From Candidatus Marinacidobacterales bacterium (lineage in GTDB: Bacteria > Acidobacteriota > Vicinamibacteria > Marinacidobacterales > SMYC01), in NCBI GenBank assembly GCA_965237955.1, contig OZ250169.1, positions 3,648,001 through 3,712,000 of the forward strand: a stretch of 64,000 bases of DNA. The letters are read 5' to 3'. Both the position numbers and the translations under genes were made by a program. Of the stretch, positions 44,158 through 56,900 are shown piece after piece. Every line of letters begins with the position of its first letter. Position 1 is the stretch's first letter. The notes under the pieces were generated by a model. That model was not told where the DNA came from and did no database searches. It saw only the letters and a list, made by a program, of their open reading frames with translations.

Positions 44158-47100
44158 ATGCACGCGGGTCTTTCCCCCCGCCTTTTGGCGATTTTCCTCA
44201 TGACCATCCTTGCCGCGGCGTCAACGGCGCGGTCCCAGACGGACATCTCCGAGATTTTCGTTTTGAAAGCTCGGAGCATCGGCCCCTCCGGCATGAGCGG
44301 CCGCATCAGCGCCATTGATGCCGTGAACGCCGACCCCAACATCATCTACGTGGGCGCGGCCACCGGCGGTCTATGGAAGTCCACCTCCGGCGGCGTGACC
44401 TGGATGCCGCTCACCGACAGCATCCCCGCCTCCTCGGTGGGGGCGATCGCGATCTACCAGGCGGCGCCCGAGCTCGTCTGGATCGGCACCGGCGAGCGGA
44501 ATCGCCGCAACTCGGCCGGGGTCGGCACCGGGGTGTACAAGTCGCTGGACGGCGGCAAGAGCTGGCAACACGTGGGGCTCGAGTCGAGCGGCGCGATCGA
44601 CGCGATCGTGTTGCACCCGAGCAATCCGGAGCTTGCCTACGTCGGCGCCCTCGGCAACACCTGGAAGGAGAGCCCGCACCGGGGCGTGTACAAGACCACC
44701 GACGGCGGCAAGAGCTGGGACAAGGTGCTCTACGTGAACGAGACCACCGGTGCCGGCGACCTCGTCATGGATCCCGCGAGCCCCAATCACCTCATTGCCG
44801 CCATGTGGGATCACCGGCGCTGGCCGTGGTTTTTCCGCTCGGGTGGAGCGGGGAGCGGGCTCCACGTCACGTACGACGGCGGCGAGAGCTGGAAGCGGCT
44901 GAGTCCCAACGAAGGCCTCCCCGAGGGCGAGCTCGGCCGCATGGGGCTCGACTTCGCGCGGGGGAACCCCAAGGTGGTTTATGCCGTGGTCGAGGCCAAG
45001 CGCAGCGTAATGCTGCGCTCCGACGACCGTGGCGACACGTGGAAGGTCGTGAACGACTCGTTCACGGCCTTCCACGTTCACGGAAGCGATGTCGCTGAAA
45101 GGATCGCCGGGCGGCCGTTCTACTACGCGCAGGTGCGGGTCGACCCCACCAACGAGGACCGCGTGTATAACTTGCACGGGACGATTGATCGCTCAGAGGA
45201 CGGCGGCAAGCTCTTTCGGCCGCTCCTCCGCTTGGGGCAGGTGCACGGGGATCACCACGCGTTCTGGGTGAGCCCCGACGGCAAGTTCCTGATCGACGGC
45301 AACGACGGCGGGGTCTACCTCTCGCGCGATCGCGGCGCCTCGTGGCGCTTCATCGAGAACCTGCCGCTCGGCCAGTTCTACCACGTCAACGTGGACCTGG
45401 CGACGCCGTTCAACATCATGGGTGGGCTCCAGGACAACCACATGTGGCACGGGCCGAGCTCCGTGTGGCACAACGGCGGCATCCGCTTCTACGACTGGAA
45501 GAACATCGGATTCGGTGATGGCTTCGCCGTGCTCGCCGAGCCCAACGACCCGCGCTACGTCTACGCCACGAGGCAAGGCGGCCGCATCCTCCAGTCCGAT
45601 CTTCAAACCGGCGAGCGCAAGTCCATCGTGCCGGCCCATCCCGAGGCGATCGAGCTCCGGTTCAGCTGGAACGCGGGGATGGCGATCGACCCCCACGACG
45701 GGGCGCTCTACATCGGGAGCCAGTTCGTCCATCGCAGCACGGACATGGGAAGGACGTGGACCCTCATCAGCCCAGACCTCACCACCAACGACCCTGAGAA
45801 GCAGATGCAGGACGAGTCCGGCGGGCTCACGCTCGATGACACCGGGGCGGAGAATCACACCACCATCCTCACCATCGCGCCGTCGCCGGTCGAGCGCGGG
45901 GTGCTCTGGGTCGGCACCGACGACGGCAACGTGCAGCTGACGCGCGACGGCGGCCGCACCTGGCTCAACGTGGTGGAGCGGATCCGCGGCGTGCGCCCGA
46001 ACAGCTGGGTGCCGCACATCGAGGCCTCCAAGTTCGACGGCGGCACGGCGTTCGTGACCTTCGACGATCACCGTCGGGGCGACAACACGCCGTACGTCTT
46101 CAAGACCATGGATTACGGCACCACCTGGACCAGCCTCGTCACCGCGGACATCGAGCCATTCAACTTCGTTCATGTGATCGAGCAGGATCCCGTCGAGGCG
46201 AATTTGCTGTTCCTGGGCACCGAGCACGGAATGTACGTGTCGCTGAACGGAGGCCAGAAGTGGCATCTGTGGCGTCACGGACTCCCGCGGGCTCCCACGC
46301 GGGCCCTCGTCGTGCATCCGAGGGATCACGACCTGGTGATCGCGACACACGGCCGCTCGGTGTACATCCTGGACGATGTGGGGCCGCTGCGCGCGCTGGC
46401 GCGCGATCCCGCGATCGCAAACAGGTCGCTGCACTTGTTCGAGGTCCCGGTGGCCATTCGCTATCAGGTGGCGCCGCCGGATGGGATGCAGGTCACGGGG
46501 GACGGGATGTTCATTGGGGAGAATCGGCCCTACGGGGCGCTCGTGACCTACTCCATTCCCGCCGAGTCCGCGGTAAGAGACACCGCCAAGGTGACCTTCG
46601 AAGTCCTTGACGAGGCTGGTGCCACGATTCGCACGTTCGAGGCTCCGGCCAAGCCGGGCGTCAACCGGACCGCGTGGAACCTGCGACGCGACGCGTTCCG
46701 CCAGCCCCGTGTTCAGGAGGAAGACGCAGCCAGCCCGTCGCTCGTACGGGGGCCGGAGGTGCTGCCCGGCCGTTACACCGTCCGGGTGAAGTTCGAGGGC
46801 CAGGAAGCGAGCGCGGCGGTCGAGGTCCGGGAGGATCCGCGCTTCCAGGTCCCGATGGCGGTGCAGCGTGAGAGGCTGGACTTCATCATGACCGTGGGCC
46901 AGCGTCAGGAAGTCGCCGCCGAAGCGGTCAATCGTCTACGAGACGCGAAGCGCGCCGTCGACCGCGCGGTGGAGCAAGTCGAAGCCAACCGCGGGGCGAC
47001 CGACAGCACCGCCAAGGCGCTGGCATCGGCCGGCCACGACCTCAAGAAGGCGCTCACGAGCGTGGAGGAACTGTTCACTGGACACGGGGTTCAGGGGCAG

Positions 47101-47367
47101 GTGAGCTGGTCGGACGAGGTGCTGCCGCATCTCGGCAATCTCTTCGGTGACATCCACGGCACGCTCAGCTCCGCACGCGAGGCGCCGACCGAGGCCGAGC
47201 GGCTGTACCTGCGGGCGGCCGAAGAGGACCTGAAGCGAGCGCTCAAGCGGACGAACCGGGTCTTCGCGGAGGAGGTGGAGCGGTTCCGGGAGCGGGTGGC
47301 GGCGGGGCTCAACGCGGAGCTCTTCCCGGCGAAGAAGCCTCTGAGCGTCGATTGGAGGCAGCCGTGA
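44158..47367 (+). CDS. Secreted VPS10/sortilin-like BNR-repeat beta-propeller protein, paralog 1
   Basis: Signal peptide; RSIGP...GRI; many S/TxDGGxxW Asp-boxes; HGDHH; GGLQDN; ISPDLT; C-terminal Ig-like and helical regions. Confidence 0.92.
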   Translation: MHAGLSPRLLAIFLMTILAAASTARSQTDISEIFVLKARSIGPSGMSGRISAIDAVNADPNIIYVGAATGGLWKSTSGGVTWMPLTDSIPASSVGAIAIYQAAPELVWIGTGERNRRNSAGVGTGVYKSLDGGKSWQHVGLESSGAIDAIVLHPSNPELAYVGALGNTWKESPHRGVYKTTDGGKSWDKVLYVNETTGAGDLVMDPASPNHLIAAMWDHRRWPWFFRSGGAGSGLHVTYDGGESWKRLSPNEGLPEGELGRMGLDFARGNPKVVYAVVEAKRSVMLRSDDRGDTWKVVNDSFTAFHVHGSDVAERIAGRPFYYAQVRVDPTNEDRVYNLHGTIDRSEDGGKLFRPLLRLGQVHGDHHAFWVSPDGKFLIDGNDGGVYLSRDRGASWRFIENLPLGQFYHVNVDLATPFNIMGGLQDNHMWHGPSSVWHNGGIRFYDWKNIGFGDGFAVLAEPNDPRYVYATRQGGRILQSDLQTGERKSIVPAHPEAIELRFSWNAGMAIDPHDGALYIGSQFVHRSTDMGRTWTLISPDLTTNDPEKQMQDESGGLTLDDTGAENHTTILTIAPSPVERGVLWVGTDDGNVQLTRDGGRTWLNVVERIRGVRPNSWVPHIEASKFDGGTAFVTFDDHRRGDNTPYVFKTMDYGTTWTSLVTADIEPFNFVHVIEQDPVEANLLFLGTEHGMYVSLNGGQKWHLWRHGLPRAPTRALVVHPRDHDLVIATHGRSVYILDDVGPLRALARDPAIANRSLHLFEVPVAIRYQVAPPDGMQVTGDGMFIGENRPYGALVTYSIPAESAVRDTAKVTFEVLDEAGATIRTFEAPAKPGVNRTAWNLRRDAFRQPRVQEEDAASPSLVRGPEVLPGRYTVRVKFEGQEASAAVEVREDPRFQVPMAVQRERLDFIMTVGQRQEVAAEAVNRLRDAKRAVDRAVEQVEANRGATDSTAKALASAGHDLKKALTSVEELFTGHGVQGQVSWSDEVLPHLGNLFGDIHGTLSSAREAPTEAERLYLRAAEEDLKRALKRTNRVFAEEVERFRERVAAGLNAELFPAKKPLSVDWRQP

Positions 47368-47432
47368 TAGGTTTACCAGCACAGGGCCCAGGCCGTTCCT
47401 TTACGTTCCTCAAGTCCAGGGAGATAGACGCC

Positions 47433-50400
47433 ATGCACACGGATTTTTCCCCCCGCCTTTTTGCAATTTTCCTCATGACCATCCTTGCCGCGGGGTCCAC
47501 CGCGCGGTCCCAGACGGACATCACCGGGCTCGCCGGTTTGAAAGCGCGGAGCATCGGCCCCTCCGGCATGAGCGGCCGCATCAGCGCCATTGATGCTGTG
47601 AACGCCGACCCCAACATCATCTACGTCGGCGCGGCCACCGGCGGTCTATGGAAGTCCACCTCCGGCGGTTTGGCCTGGACGCCACTTACCGACAGCCTGC
47701 CTGCCACCTCGATCGGGGCCATTGCCATCAACCAGGCGGTACCAGATCTCGTCTGGATCGGGACTGGCGAAGGGGGTCGCCGCAACTCGGCGGGGGTTGG
47801 CACCGGGGTATACAAGTCTTTGGATGGAGGCAAGAGCTGGCAACACCTGGGACTCGAGTCGACCGGCGCGATCGCCTCGGTCTTGCTCCACCCGACCAAT
47901 CCGGAGATTGCCTATGTAGGTGCTCTCGGCAACACCTGGGCGGAGAGCCCAGAGCGGGGGGTGTACAAGACCACCGACGGGGGCAAGAGCTGGGACAAAG
48001 TGCTCTACGTGAGCGAGACCACCGGTGCCGGCGACCTCGTGATGGATCCCGCAAGCCCCAATCACCTCATTGCGGCCATGTGGGACCATCGTCGCTGGCC
48101 GTGGTTTTTCCGCTCGGGTGGACCGGGGAGCGGGCTCCACGTGACGTACGACGAGGGAGAGAGCTGGAAGCGGCTGAGTGCCAACGAAGGCCTCCCCGAG
48201 GGCGAGCTCGGTCGCATGGGGCTCGACTTCGCGAAGGGGAATCCCAAGGTGGTTTATGCGGTGGTCGAGGCCACACGCAGCGTGATGCTGCGTTCTGGCG
48301 ACCGCGGCGGTACGTGGGAAGTCGTGAATGACCAAGGTGCCGGGCGATCGATCGCCTGGCGGCCGTTCTACTTCGCGCAGGTGGCGGTGGACCCCACTAA
48401 TGAGAACCGCGTGTACAACATACTGAATTCGCTAGATGTCTCGGAGGATGGCGGCAAGAATTTTCGCAGCGTGCAGAATCGTGTGCACGGGGATCACCAC
48501 GCGCTCTGGGTGAGTCCCGATGGCAAGATCCTGATCGACGGCAACGACGGCGGGGTCGCCCTCTCGCGCGACCGCGGCGCCTCCTGGCGCGTCATCGAGA
48601 ACCTGCCGCTCGGCCAGTTCTACCACGTCAACGTGGACCTGGCGACGCCTTTCAACGTCATGGGGGGGCTCCAGGATAACGGCAGTTGGCACGGTCCGAG
48701 CTCCGTGTGGAACAGCGGCGGCATCCGCTTCCCCGACTGGAAGAACGTCGGATCCGGGGATGGCATCGCCGTGCTCGCCCATCCCACCAATCCGCGCTAC
48801 ATCTACGTCACGAGGGAGGACGGCCTCATCATCCGGTCCGACCTTCAAACCGGCGAGCGCAAGTCCATCGTGCCGGCCCATCCTGACGCGACCGAGCTCC
48901 GGTTCAGCTGGAACACGGGGATCGCGCTCGACCCCCACGACGGAGCGCTCTACATCGGGAGCCAGTTTGTCCACCGCAGCACGGACATGGGAACGACCTG
49001 GACCCTGATCAGCCCGGACCTCACCACCAACGACCCCGAGAAGCAGATGCAGGACCAATCCGGTGGGCTCACGCGGGACGACAGCTCGGCGGAGAACCAC
49101 ACCACGATCCTCAGCATCGCGCCATCGCCGGTCGAGCGCGGGGTGCTCTGGGTGGGCACCGACGACGGCAACGTGCAGCTGACGCGCGACGGCGGCGGCA
49201 CGTGGACCAACGTGGTGGAGCGGATCGGGGGCGTGCGCCCGAACAGCTGGGTGTCGCACATCGAGGCCTCGAAGTTCGAGGGCGGGACGGCCTTCGTGAC
49301 CTTCGACGATCACCGTCGGGGCGACAACACGCCCTACGTCTTCAAGACCATGGATTACGGCACCACATGGAGGAGCTTGGTCACCGCGGACATCGAGCCA
49401 TTCAACTTCGTTCATGCGATCGAGCAGGATCCCGTCGAGGCGAATCTGCTGTTCCTGGGTACCGAGTACGGCATGTACGTCTCGCTGGACGGAGGCCAGA
49501 AGTGGCATCTGTGGCGTCACGGTCTGCCGCGTGCGCCCACGCGGGCCCTCGTCGTGCATCCGAGGGATCACGACCTGGTGATCGCGACCCACGGGCGCTC
49601 GGTCTACGTCCTGGATGATGTAGGGCCGCTGCGCGCGCTGGCGCGCGATCCCGCGATCGCAAACAGGCCACTACACCTGTTCGAGCCTCCGGTGGCCATT
49701 CGCTATCATCCGTGGATCATGTGGATGAGTCGCGGTATGGGGGACGGGGCGTTCATCGGGGAGAATCGGCCGTATGGCGCGCTGCTGAGCTACTCCATTG
49801 GCAGCCCAAGCGATGGAGCTGTCACCGGTATCGGGAAGAAGGTGAGCATCGAAGTCGTCGACGAGGCCGGTGCCATCATTCGCACGTTCGAGGCCCCGGC
49901 GAAGCCGGGCGTTAACCGCACTGCGTGGGACCTGCGTCACGATGGGTTCCGCCGCCCCCGTGTTCAGGAGGGAAACGCAGCCGGCCGACCGCTCGTACGG
50001 GGGCCGCAGGTGCTGCCAGGCCGCTACACCCTTCGGATCGAGTTCGAGGGCCAGGACGCGAGTGCAGTCGTCGAGGTCCGGGACGATCCGCGCTTCGAGG
50101 CCCCGATTGCAGCGCAGCGTGAGAGGTTGGATTTCATCATGACGGTGGGCCAGCGTCAGGAAGTCGCCACGGAAGCGGTGGATCGTCTGCGAGACGCGAA
50201 GCGCGCCGTCGGCCGCGCGGTGGAGCAGGTCCAAGCCAACTGCGGGGCGACCGACAGCACCGCCAAGGAGCTGGCCCTGGCCGCCGAGGACGTCGAGAAG
50301 GCGCTCACGGACGTGGAGGTATTGTTTACTGGCACGCTGAACAGAGCTTATGCCGACGGCGGACCGCCCCGCGTCCAGGGGTTCCAAGCGTGGCCGGGCG

Positions 50401-50660
50401 AGGTGCTGCCGCAGCTCAACTTCCTCCTCGGTGAGTGTCCAATGTGCACCACCACGTTCACCCCGTCACGCGAAGCGCCGACCGAGGCCGATCAGCTACG
50501 CCTGCGGGCGGCGGATGAGGACCTGAAGCGAGCGCTCGAGCAGACGAACCGGGTTTTTGCTGAGAACGTGCAGCAGTTCCGGGAACGGGTGAAGGGACTC
50601 AACGCGGAGCTCTTCCTGGCGAAGGAGCCGCTGAGCGTCGATTGGAGACAGCCGCGATAG
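47433..50660 (+). CDS. VPS10/BNR beta-propeller protein, paralog 2
   Basis: Same architecture as paralog 1; RBS CAGGGAG. Confidence 0.92.
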   Translation: MHTDFSPRLFAIFLMTILAAGSTARSQTDITGLAGLKARSIGPSGMSGRISAIDAVNADPNIIYVGAATGGLWKSTSGGLAWTPLTDSLPATSIGAIAINQAVPDLVWIGTGEGGRRNSAGVGTGVYKSLDGGKSWQHLGLESTGAIASVLLHPTNPEIAYVGALGNTWAESPERGVYKTTDGGKSWDKVLYVSETTGAGDLVMDPASPNHLIAAMWDHRRWPWFFRSGGPGSGLHVTYDEGESWKRLSANEGLPEGELGRMGLDFAKGNPKVVYAVVEATRSVMLRSGDRGGTWEVVNDQGAGRSIAWRPFYFAQVAVDPTNENRVYNILNSLDVSEDGGKNFRSVQNRVHGDHHALWVSPDGKILIDGNDGGVALSRDRGASWRVIENLPLGQFYHVNVDLATPFNVMGGLQDNGSWHGPSSVWNSGGIRFPDWKNVGSGDGIAVLAHPTNPRYIYVTREDGLIIRSDLQTGERKSIVPAHPDATELRFSWNTGIALDPHDGALYIGSQFVHRSTDMGTTWTLISPDLTTNDPEKQMQDQSGGLTRDDSSAENHTTILSIAPSPVERGVLWVGTDDGNVQLTRDGGGTWTNVVERIGGVRPNSWVSHIEASKFEGGTAFVTFDDHRRGDNTPYVFKTMDYGTTWRSLVTADIEPFNFVHAIEQDPVEANLLFLGTEYGMYVSLDGGQKWHLWRHGLPRAPTRALVVHPRDHDLVIATHGRSVYVLDDVGPLRALARDPAIANRPLHLFEPPVAIRYHPWIMWMSRGMGDGAFIGENRPYGALLSYSIGSPSDGAVTGIGKKVSIEVVDEAGAIIRTFEAPAKPGVNRTAWDLRHDGFRRPRVQEGNAAGRPLVRGPQVLPGRYTLRIEFEGQDASAVVEVRDDPRFEAPIAAQRERLDFIMTVGQRQEVATEAVDRLRDAKRAVGRAVEQVQANCGATDSTAKELALAAEDVEKALTDVEVLFTGTLNRAYADGGPPRVQGFQAWPGEVLPQLNFLLGECPMCTTTFTPSREAPTEADQLRLRAADEDLKRALEQTNRVFAENVQQFRERVKGLNAELFLAKEPLSVDWRQPR

Positions 50661-50711
50661 AGTCTAAGCCGTTCCTTTATGTCCTCAAGTAAGTCCAGGG
50701 AGATAGACGCC

Positions 50712-53700
50712 ATGCATACGGATCTTTCCCCCCGCCTTTCGGCGGTTTTCCTCGTGACCATCCTTGCCGCGGCGTCAACGGCGCGGTCCCAGACGGACAT
50801 CACCGAGCTTGCCGGTTTGAAAGCTCGGAGCATCGGCCCCTCCGGCATGAGCGGCCGCATCAGCGCCATTGATGCCGTGAACGCCGACCCCAACATCATC
50901 TACGTGGGCGCGGCCACCGGGGGTCTATGGAAGTCCACGTCCGGCGGCGTGGCTTGGACGCCGCTCACCGACAGCCTGCCGGCGTCCTCGGTGGGGGCGG
51001 TCTCGATCTACCAGGCGGCGCCCGAGCTCGTTTGGATCGGCACCGGTGAGCACGGCCGCCGCAACTCGGCCGGGGTCGGCACCGGTGTGTACAAGTCGCT
51101 GGACGGCGGCAAGAGCTGGCAACATGTGGGTCTCGAGTCGACGGGGGCGATCAGTGAGATCGTGTTGCACCCGAGCAATCCGGACGTGGCCTACGTGGGC
51201 GCCCTGGGCAACACGTGGAAGGGGAGTGAGGACCGCGGCGTGTACAAGACCACCGACGGCGGCAACACGTGGGAGAAGGTGCTCTACGTGAACGAGACCA
51301 CCGGTGCTGGGGATCTCGTCATGGATCCCGCGAGTCCCAATCACCTCATGGCCGCCATGTGGGATCACCGTCGCTGGCCGTGGTTTTTCCGCTCGGGTGG
51401 AGCGGGAAGCGGGCTCCACGTCACCTACGACGGCGGCGAGAGCTGGAAGCGGCTGAGTCCGAGAGAAGGTCTCCCGGAGGGCGAGCTCGGTCGCATAGGG
51501 CTCGCCTTCGCGCCGGGGAATCCCGAGGTGGTTTATGCGGTGGTCGAGGCCAAACACAGCGTCATGATGCGCTCCGACGACCGCAGCGAGACGTGGAAGG
51601 TCGTAAGCGATAGAGGCGGCTTGCGATCGATCGCGAGACGCCCGTTCTACTTCGCGAGGTTGGTGGTGGACCCCGTCAACGAGAACCGTGTGTACAACTT
51701 GGTGGGGACGTTGAATCTCTCGGAGGATGGCGGCAAGAACTTTCGCAGGCTCCAAAACGGGCGGGTGCACGGGGATCACCATGCGCTCTGGGTGAGCCTC
51801 GACGGCAAGATCCTGATCGACGGCAATGACGGCGGGGTCACCCTTTCACATGACCGGGGTGCCTCGTGGCGCTTCATCGAGAACTTGCCGCTCGGCCAGT
51901 TCTACAAGATCAACGTGGACCTGGCGACGCCGTTCAACGTCATGGGCGGGCTCCAGGACAACGGCATGTGGCACGGACCGAGCTCGGTGTGGAACAACGT
52001 CGGCATCGGCTTCTCCGACTGGAAGGAGGTGGGATCCGGCGACGGCTTCGCGACGCTCGCCGTTCCCGGAAACCCGCGCTACGTTTACTCCACGAGGGAG
52101 GCCGGCTACATCGTCCGATCCGATCTTCAAACCGGTGAGCGCCACACGATCGGGCCCGCCCATCCCGAGGGGATCGATCTCCGCTACAACTGGAACCCGG
52201 GGATGGCCATCGATCCCCACGATGGATCGCTCTACTTCGGGAGCCAGTTCGTCCACCGCAGCACGGACATGGGAACGACGTGGACCCTCCTGAGCCCAGA
52301 CCTCACCACCAACGACCCCGAGAAGCAGATGGCGGACCAATCCGGCGGGCTCTCGCGCGACGACACCGAAGCGGAAAACCACACCGCGATCCTCACCATC
52401 GCGCCGTCGCCGGTCGAGCGTGGGGTGCTCTGGGTCGGCACCGACGACGGCAACGTGCAGCTGACGCGTGACGGCGGCGGCACCTGGGTCAACGTGGTGG
52501 AGCGGATCCGCGGCGTGCGCCCGAACAGCTGGGTGCCGCACATCGAGGCCTCCAAGTTCGAGGGTGGCACGGCCTTCGTGACCTTCGACGATCACCGTCG
52601 GGGCGACAACACGCCCTACGTCTTCAAGACCATGGATTACGGCACCACCTGGACCAGCCTGGTCACCGCGGACATCGAGCCATTCAACTTCGTTCATGTG
52701 ATCGAGCAGGATCCCGTCGAATTTGCTGTTTCTCGGCACCGAATACGGCATGTACGTCTCGCTGAACGGAGGTCAGAAGTGGCATCTGTGGCGTCACGGA
52801 CTCCCGCGTGCTCCGACCCGGGCCCTCGTCGTGCATCCTCGGGATCACGACCTGGTGATCGCGACCCACGGGCGCTCGGTGTACATCCTGGACGACGTGG
52901 GGCCGCTGCGCGCGCTGGCGCGCGATCCGGCGATCTCAAACCGGCCGCTACACTTGTTCGAGGTTCCGGTGACCACTCGCCATCTTCTGTGGCGCCGGTA
53001 TATGACCCGTGGCAACGGGGATGGAATGTTCATTGGGGAGAATCGGCCGTACGGGGCCGCTCGTGACCTACTCCATTTCTACCGAGTCCGTAGCAAGCGA
53101 CACCGCGAAGGTGACCATCGAAGTCCTCGACGAGGCGGGTGCCACGATCCGCACGTTCGAGGCTCCGGCCAAGCCGGGCATCAACCGGACCGCGTGGGAC
53201 TTGCGTCGGGACTCGATCCGCCTGCCTCCTGCGGAAGTGACATCGGCCCCGTCGCTCCACCCGGGGCCGCAAGTGCTGCCCGGCCGCTACACCGTTCGCA
53301 TCGAGCTCACGGGCGAGGAAGTGAGCGCGGCGGTCGAGGTCCGCGAGGATCCGAGATTCGACGTCCCGATCGCGGCCCAGCGCGAGAAGCTGGACTTCCT
53401 CATCACCGTGGGCCAGCGCGTGGAAGTCGCCACGGAAGCAGTCAATCGTCTGCGATACGCGAAACGTGCCGTCGACCGCGTGGTCGAACAAGTCCAGGCC
53501 AACCGCGGGGCGAGCGACGGTACCGCCAAGGAGCTGGCATCGGCCGGTGGCGACCTCAAGGAGGCGCTCACCGACGTGGAGGTGCTGTTCACCGGAGACA
53601 CGATGAACTTTTATCTCGACGGAGGGCCCCAGCGGATTCAGGGGATGGAGAGCTGGCCCGACGACGTGCTACCGCAGCTTTTGGACCTCACCGGCGACGG

Positions 53701-53911
53701 CGCCCTCGGCACGTTCACGCCGTCACGCGACGCGCCCACCGAGGCGGAGCGGCTGCATCTGCAGGCAGCCGAAGAGGATCTAGAGCAAGCAATCGAGCAA
53801 ACGAACCTGGTTTTGGCGGAGGAGGTGGGGCGCTTCCGGGACCAGGTGGCGGCGGCGCTCGGCGTGGAGTTTTTCCCGGCCAAGGAGCCGCTGAGCGTCG
53901 ATTGGAGGTAG
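50712..53911 (+). pseudogene. VPS10/BNR beta-propeller protein, paralog 3, two frameshifts
   Basis: 5-nt deletion at ~52720 (GTCGA|ATTTG vs GTCGAGGCGAATTTG) and +1 C at ~53057 relative to siblings. Confidence 0.88.
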
Positions 53912-53989
53912 CCGCGATTGGCCTGACTAGCACAGGGTTCAGGCCGTTCTTATACCATCCTTAATATGAGTCCAGGGAGACGGACACCG

Positions 53990-56900
53990 ATGCACACTGG
54001 TCCTTCCACTCGCCTTTCCTCGGTTTTCCTCGTGACCCTCCTTGCTGCGGCGTCCACGGCGCGGTCCCAGACGGACATCATCGGGCTTGCCGGTTTGAAA
54101 GCGCGGAGCGTCGGCCCCTCCGGCATGGGCGGCCGCATCAGTGCGATCGATGCCGTGAACGCCGACCCCAACATCATCTACGTGGGCGCGGCCACCGGGG
54201 GTCTATGGAAGTCCACCTCCGGCGGCGTGGCTTGGACGCCGCTCACCGATAGCCTGCCGGCGTCCTCGGTGGGGGCGGTCGCCATCTACCAGGCGGCGCC
54301 CGAGCTCCTCTGGATCGGTACTGGCGAAGGGGGTCGCCGCAACTCGGCTGGGGTCGGCACCGGGGTGTACAAGTCGTTGGACGGCGGCAAGAGCTGGCAA
54401 CACGTGGGGCTTGAGTCGACCGGGGCGATCCACGAGATCGTGTTGCACCCGAGCAATCCGGAGCTCGCCTACGTCGCCGCGCTCGGCAATACCTGGAAGG
54501 AGAGCCCGGATCGGGGCGTGTACAAGACCACCGACGGTGGCAAGAGCTGGGAGCAGGTGCTCTACGTGAACGAGACCACGGGTGCCGCGGACCTGGTCAT
54601 GGATCCGGCGAGCCCGAATCACCTCATTGCGGCCATGTGGGACCACCGGCGGTGGCCGTGGTTTTTCCGCTCGGGTGGACCTGGGAGCGGGCTCCACGTC
54701 ACGTACGACGGGGGAGAGAGCTGGAAGCAGCTCAGTGCTAACGAAGGCCTTCCCGAGGGCGAGCTCGGCCGCATGGGGCTCGACTTCGCGCGGGGAAACC
54801 CCAAGGTGGTTTATGCCGTGGTCGAAGCGAAACGCAGCGTGATGCTGCGCTCCGACGACCGCGGTAACACGTGGGAGGTCGTGAACGACCAGGCCGGCAT
54901 GCGCTCGATCGCGAGACGCCCGTTTTACTTCTCGAGGGTGCGGGTGGACCCCACCAACGAGAACCGCGTGTACAACTTGGTGGGGTCGATGGATCTCTCG
55001 GAGGACGGCGGCAAGAACTTTCGCGTGCTCATGAAGCGGACGCACGGGGATCACCACGCGCTGTGGGTGAGCCCCGACGGCAAAATCCTGATCGACGGCA
55101 ACGACGGCGGGGTCTATCTCTCGCCGGATCGCGGCGCCACCTGGCGCTTCATCGAGAACCTGCCGCTCGCTCAGTTCTACAAGATCAGCGTGGACCTGGC
55201 GACGCCGTTCAACATCATGGGCGGGCTCCAGGACAACGACATGTGGCACGGGCCGAGCTCCGTGTGGCACGACGGCGGCATCCGCTTCTCCGACTGGAAG
55301 GAGGTGGGATACGGCGACGGTTTCACGGTGCTCGCCGAGCCCACCAATCCGCGCTACATCTACGCCACGAGAGAGGCCGGCTTCATCGTCCGGTCCGATC
55401 TTCGAACCGGCGAGCGCAAGTCCATCAAGCCGGCCCATCCCGAGGCGACCAAGCTCCGGTTCAACTGGAACCCTGGGATGGAGATCGACCCCCACGACGG
55501 GGCGCTCTACCTCGGGAGCCAGTTCGTCCATCGCAGCACGGACATGGGAAGGACCTGGACGATCATCAGCCCAGACCTCACCACCAACGACCCCGAGAAG
55601 CAGATGGCGGACCAATCCGGCGGGCTCTCGCGCGACGACACCGAGGCGGAGAACCACACCACCATCCTCACCATCGCGCCGTCGCCGGTCGGGCGCGGGG
55701 TGCTCTGGGTGGGCACCGACGACGGCAACGTGCAGCTGACGCGCGACGGCGGCGGCACCTGGGTCAACGTGGTGGAGCGAATCCGGGGCCTGCGCCCGAA
55801 CAGCTGGGTGTCGCACATCGAGGCCTCCAAGTTCGAGAGTGGGACGGCCTTCGTGACCTTCGACGATCACCGTCGGGGCGACAACACGCCCTGCGTCTTC
55901 AAGACCATGGATTACGGCAACACGTGGACGAGCCTGGTCACCGCGGACATCGAGCCATTCAACTTCGTTCACGTGATCGAGCAGGATCCCGTCGAGGCGA
56001 ATCTGCTGTTCCTGGGCACCGAGTATGGAATGTACGTCTCGCTGAACGGAGGCCAGAAGTGGCATCTGTGGCGTCACGGACTCCCGCGTGCTCCGACGCG
56101 GGCCCTCGTCGTGCATCCGAGGGATCACGACCTGGTGATCGCGACCCACGGCCGCTCGGCGTACATTCTGGACGACGTAAGGCCGCTGCGCGCGCTGGCG
56201 CGCGATCCCGCGCTCGCAAACAGGCCACTACACGTGTTCGACCCTCCGGCGGCCATTCGCTACCATTCGTGGCGTAGGTGGATGGGTCGCGGAAGTGGAG
56301 ACGCGATGTTCATTGGGGAGAATCGGCCCTACGGGGCGCTCGTGACCTACTCCATCGGCAGCCACAGCGATAGAGCTGTAAACGGTAGCGGGAAGGCGGA
56401 AGGGGGAAGCACCCCACCGGCTTCGGGCGACACGTCAGCCCAGAGCGCCGCGTCCGCCGAAAAAGACACCGCGAAGGTGACCTTCGAAGTCCTCGACGAG
56501 GCCGGTGCAATCATTCGCACGTTCGAGGCCCCAGCGAAGCCGGGCGTCAACCGGACCGCGTGGGACCTCCGTCACGACGGGTTCCGCCGCCCCCTTGTTC
56601 AGGAGGAAGGCGCAGCCGGCCCGTCGTTCGTACAGGGGCCGGAGGTGTTGCCCGGCCGTTACACCGTCCGGGTGAAGTTCGAGGGCCAGGAAGCGAGCGC
56701 GGCGGTCGAGGTCCTGGAGGATCCGCGCTTCCAGGTCCCGATGGCGGTGCAGCGTGAGAGGCTGGAGTTCGTCATGACCGTGGGCCAGCGTTTGGAAGTC
56801 GCCGCCGAAGCGGTGGATCGTCTACGAGACGCGAGGCGCGACGTCGACCGCGTGGTGGAGCAGGTCGAAGCCAACCGCGGGGCGAGCGACGGCACCGCGA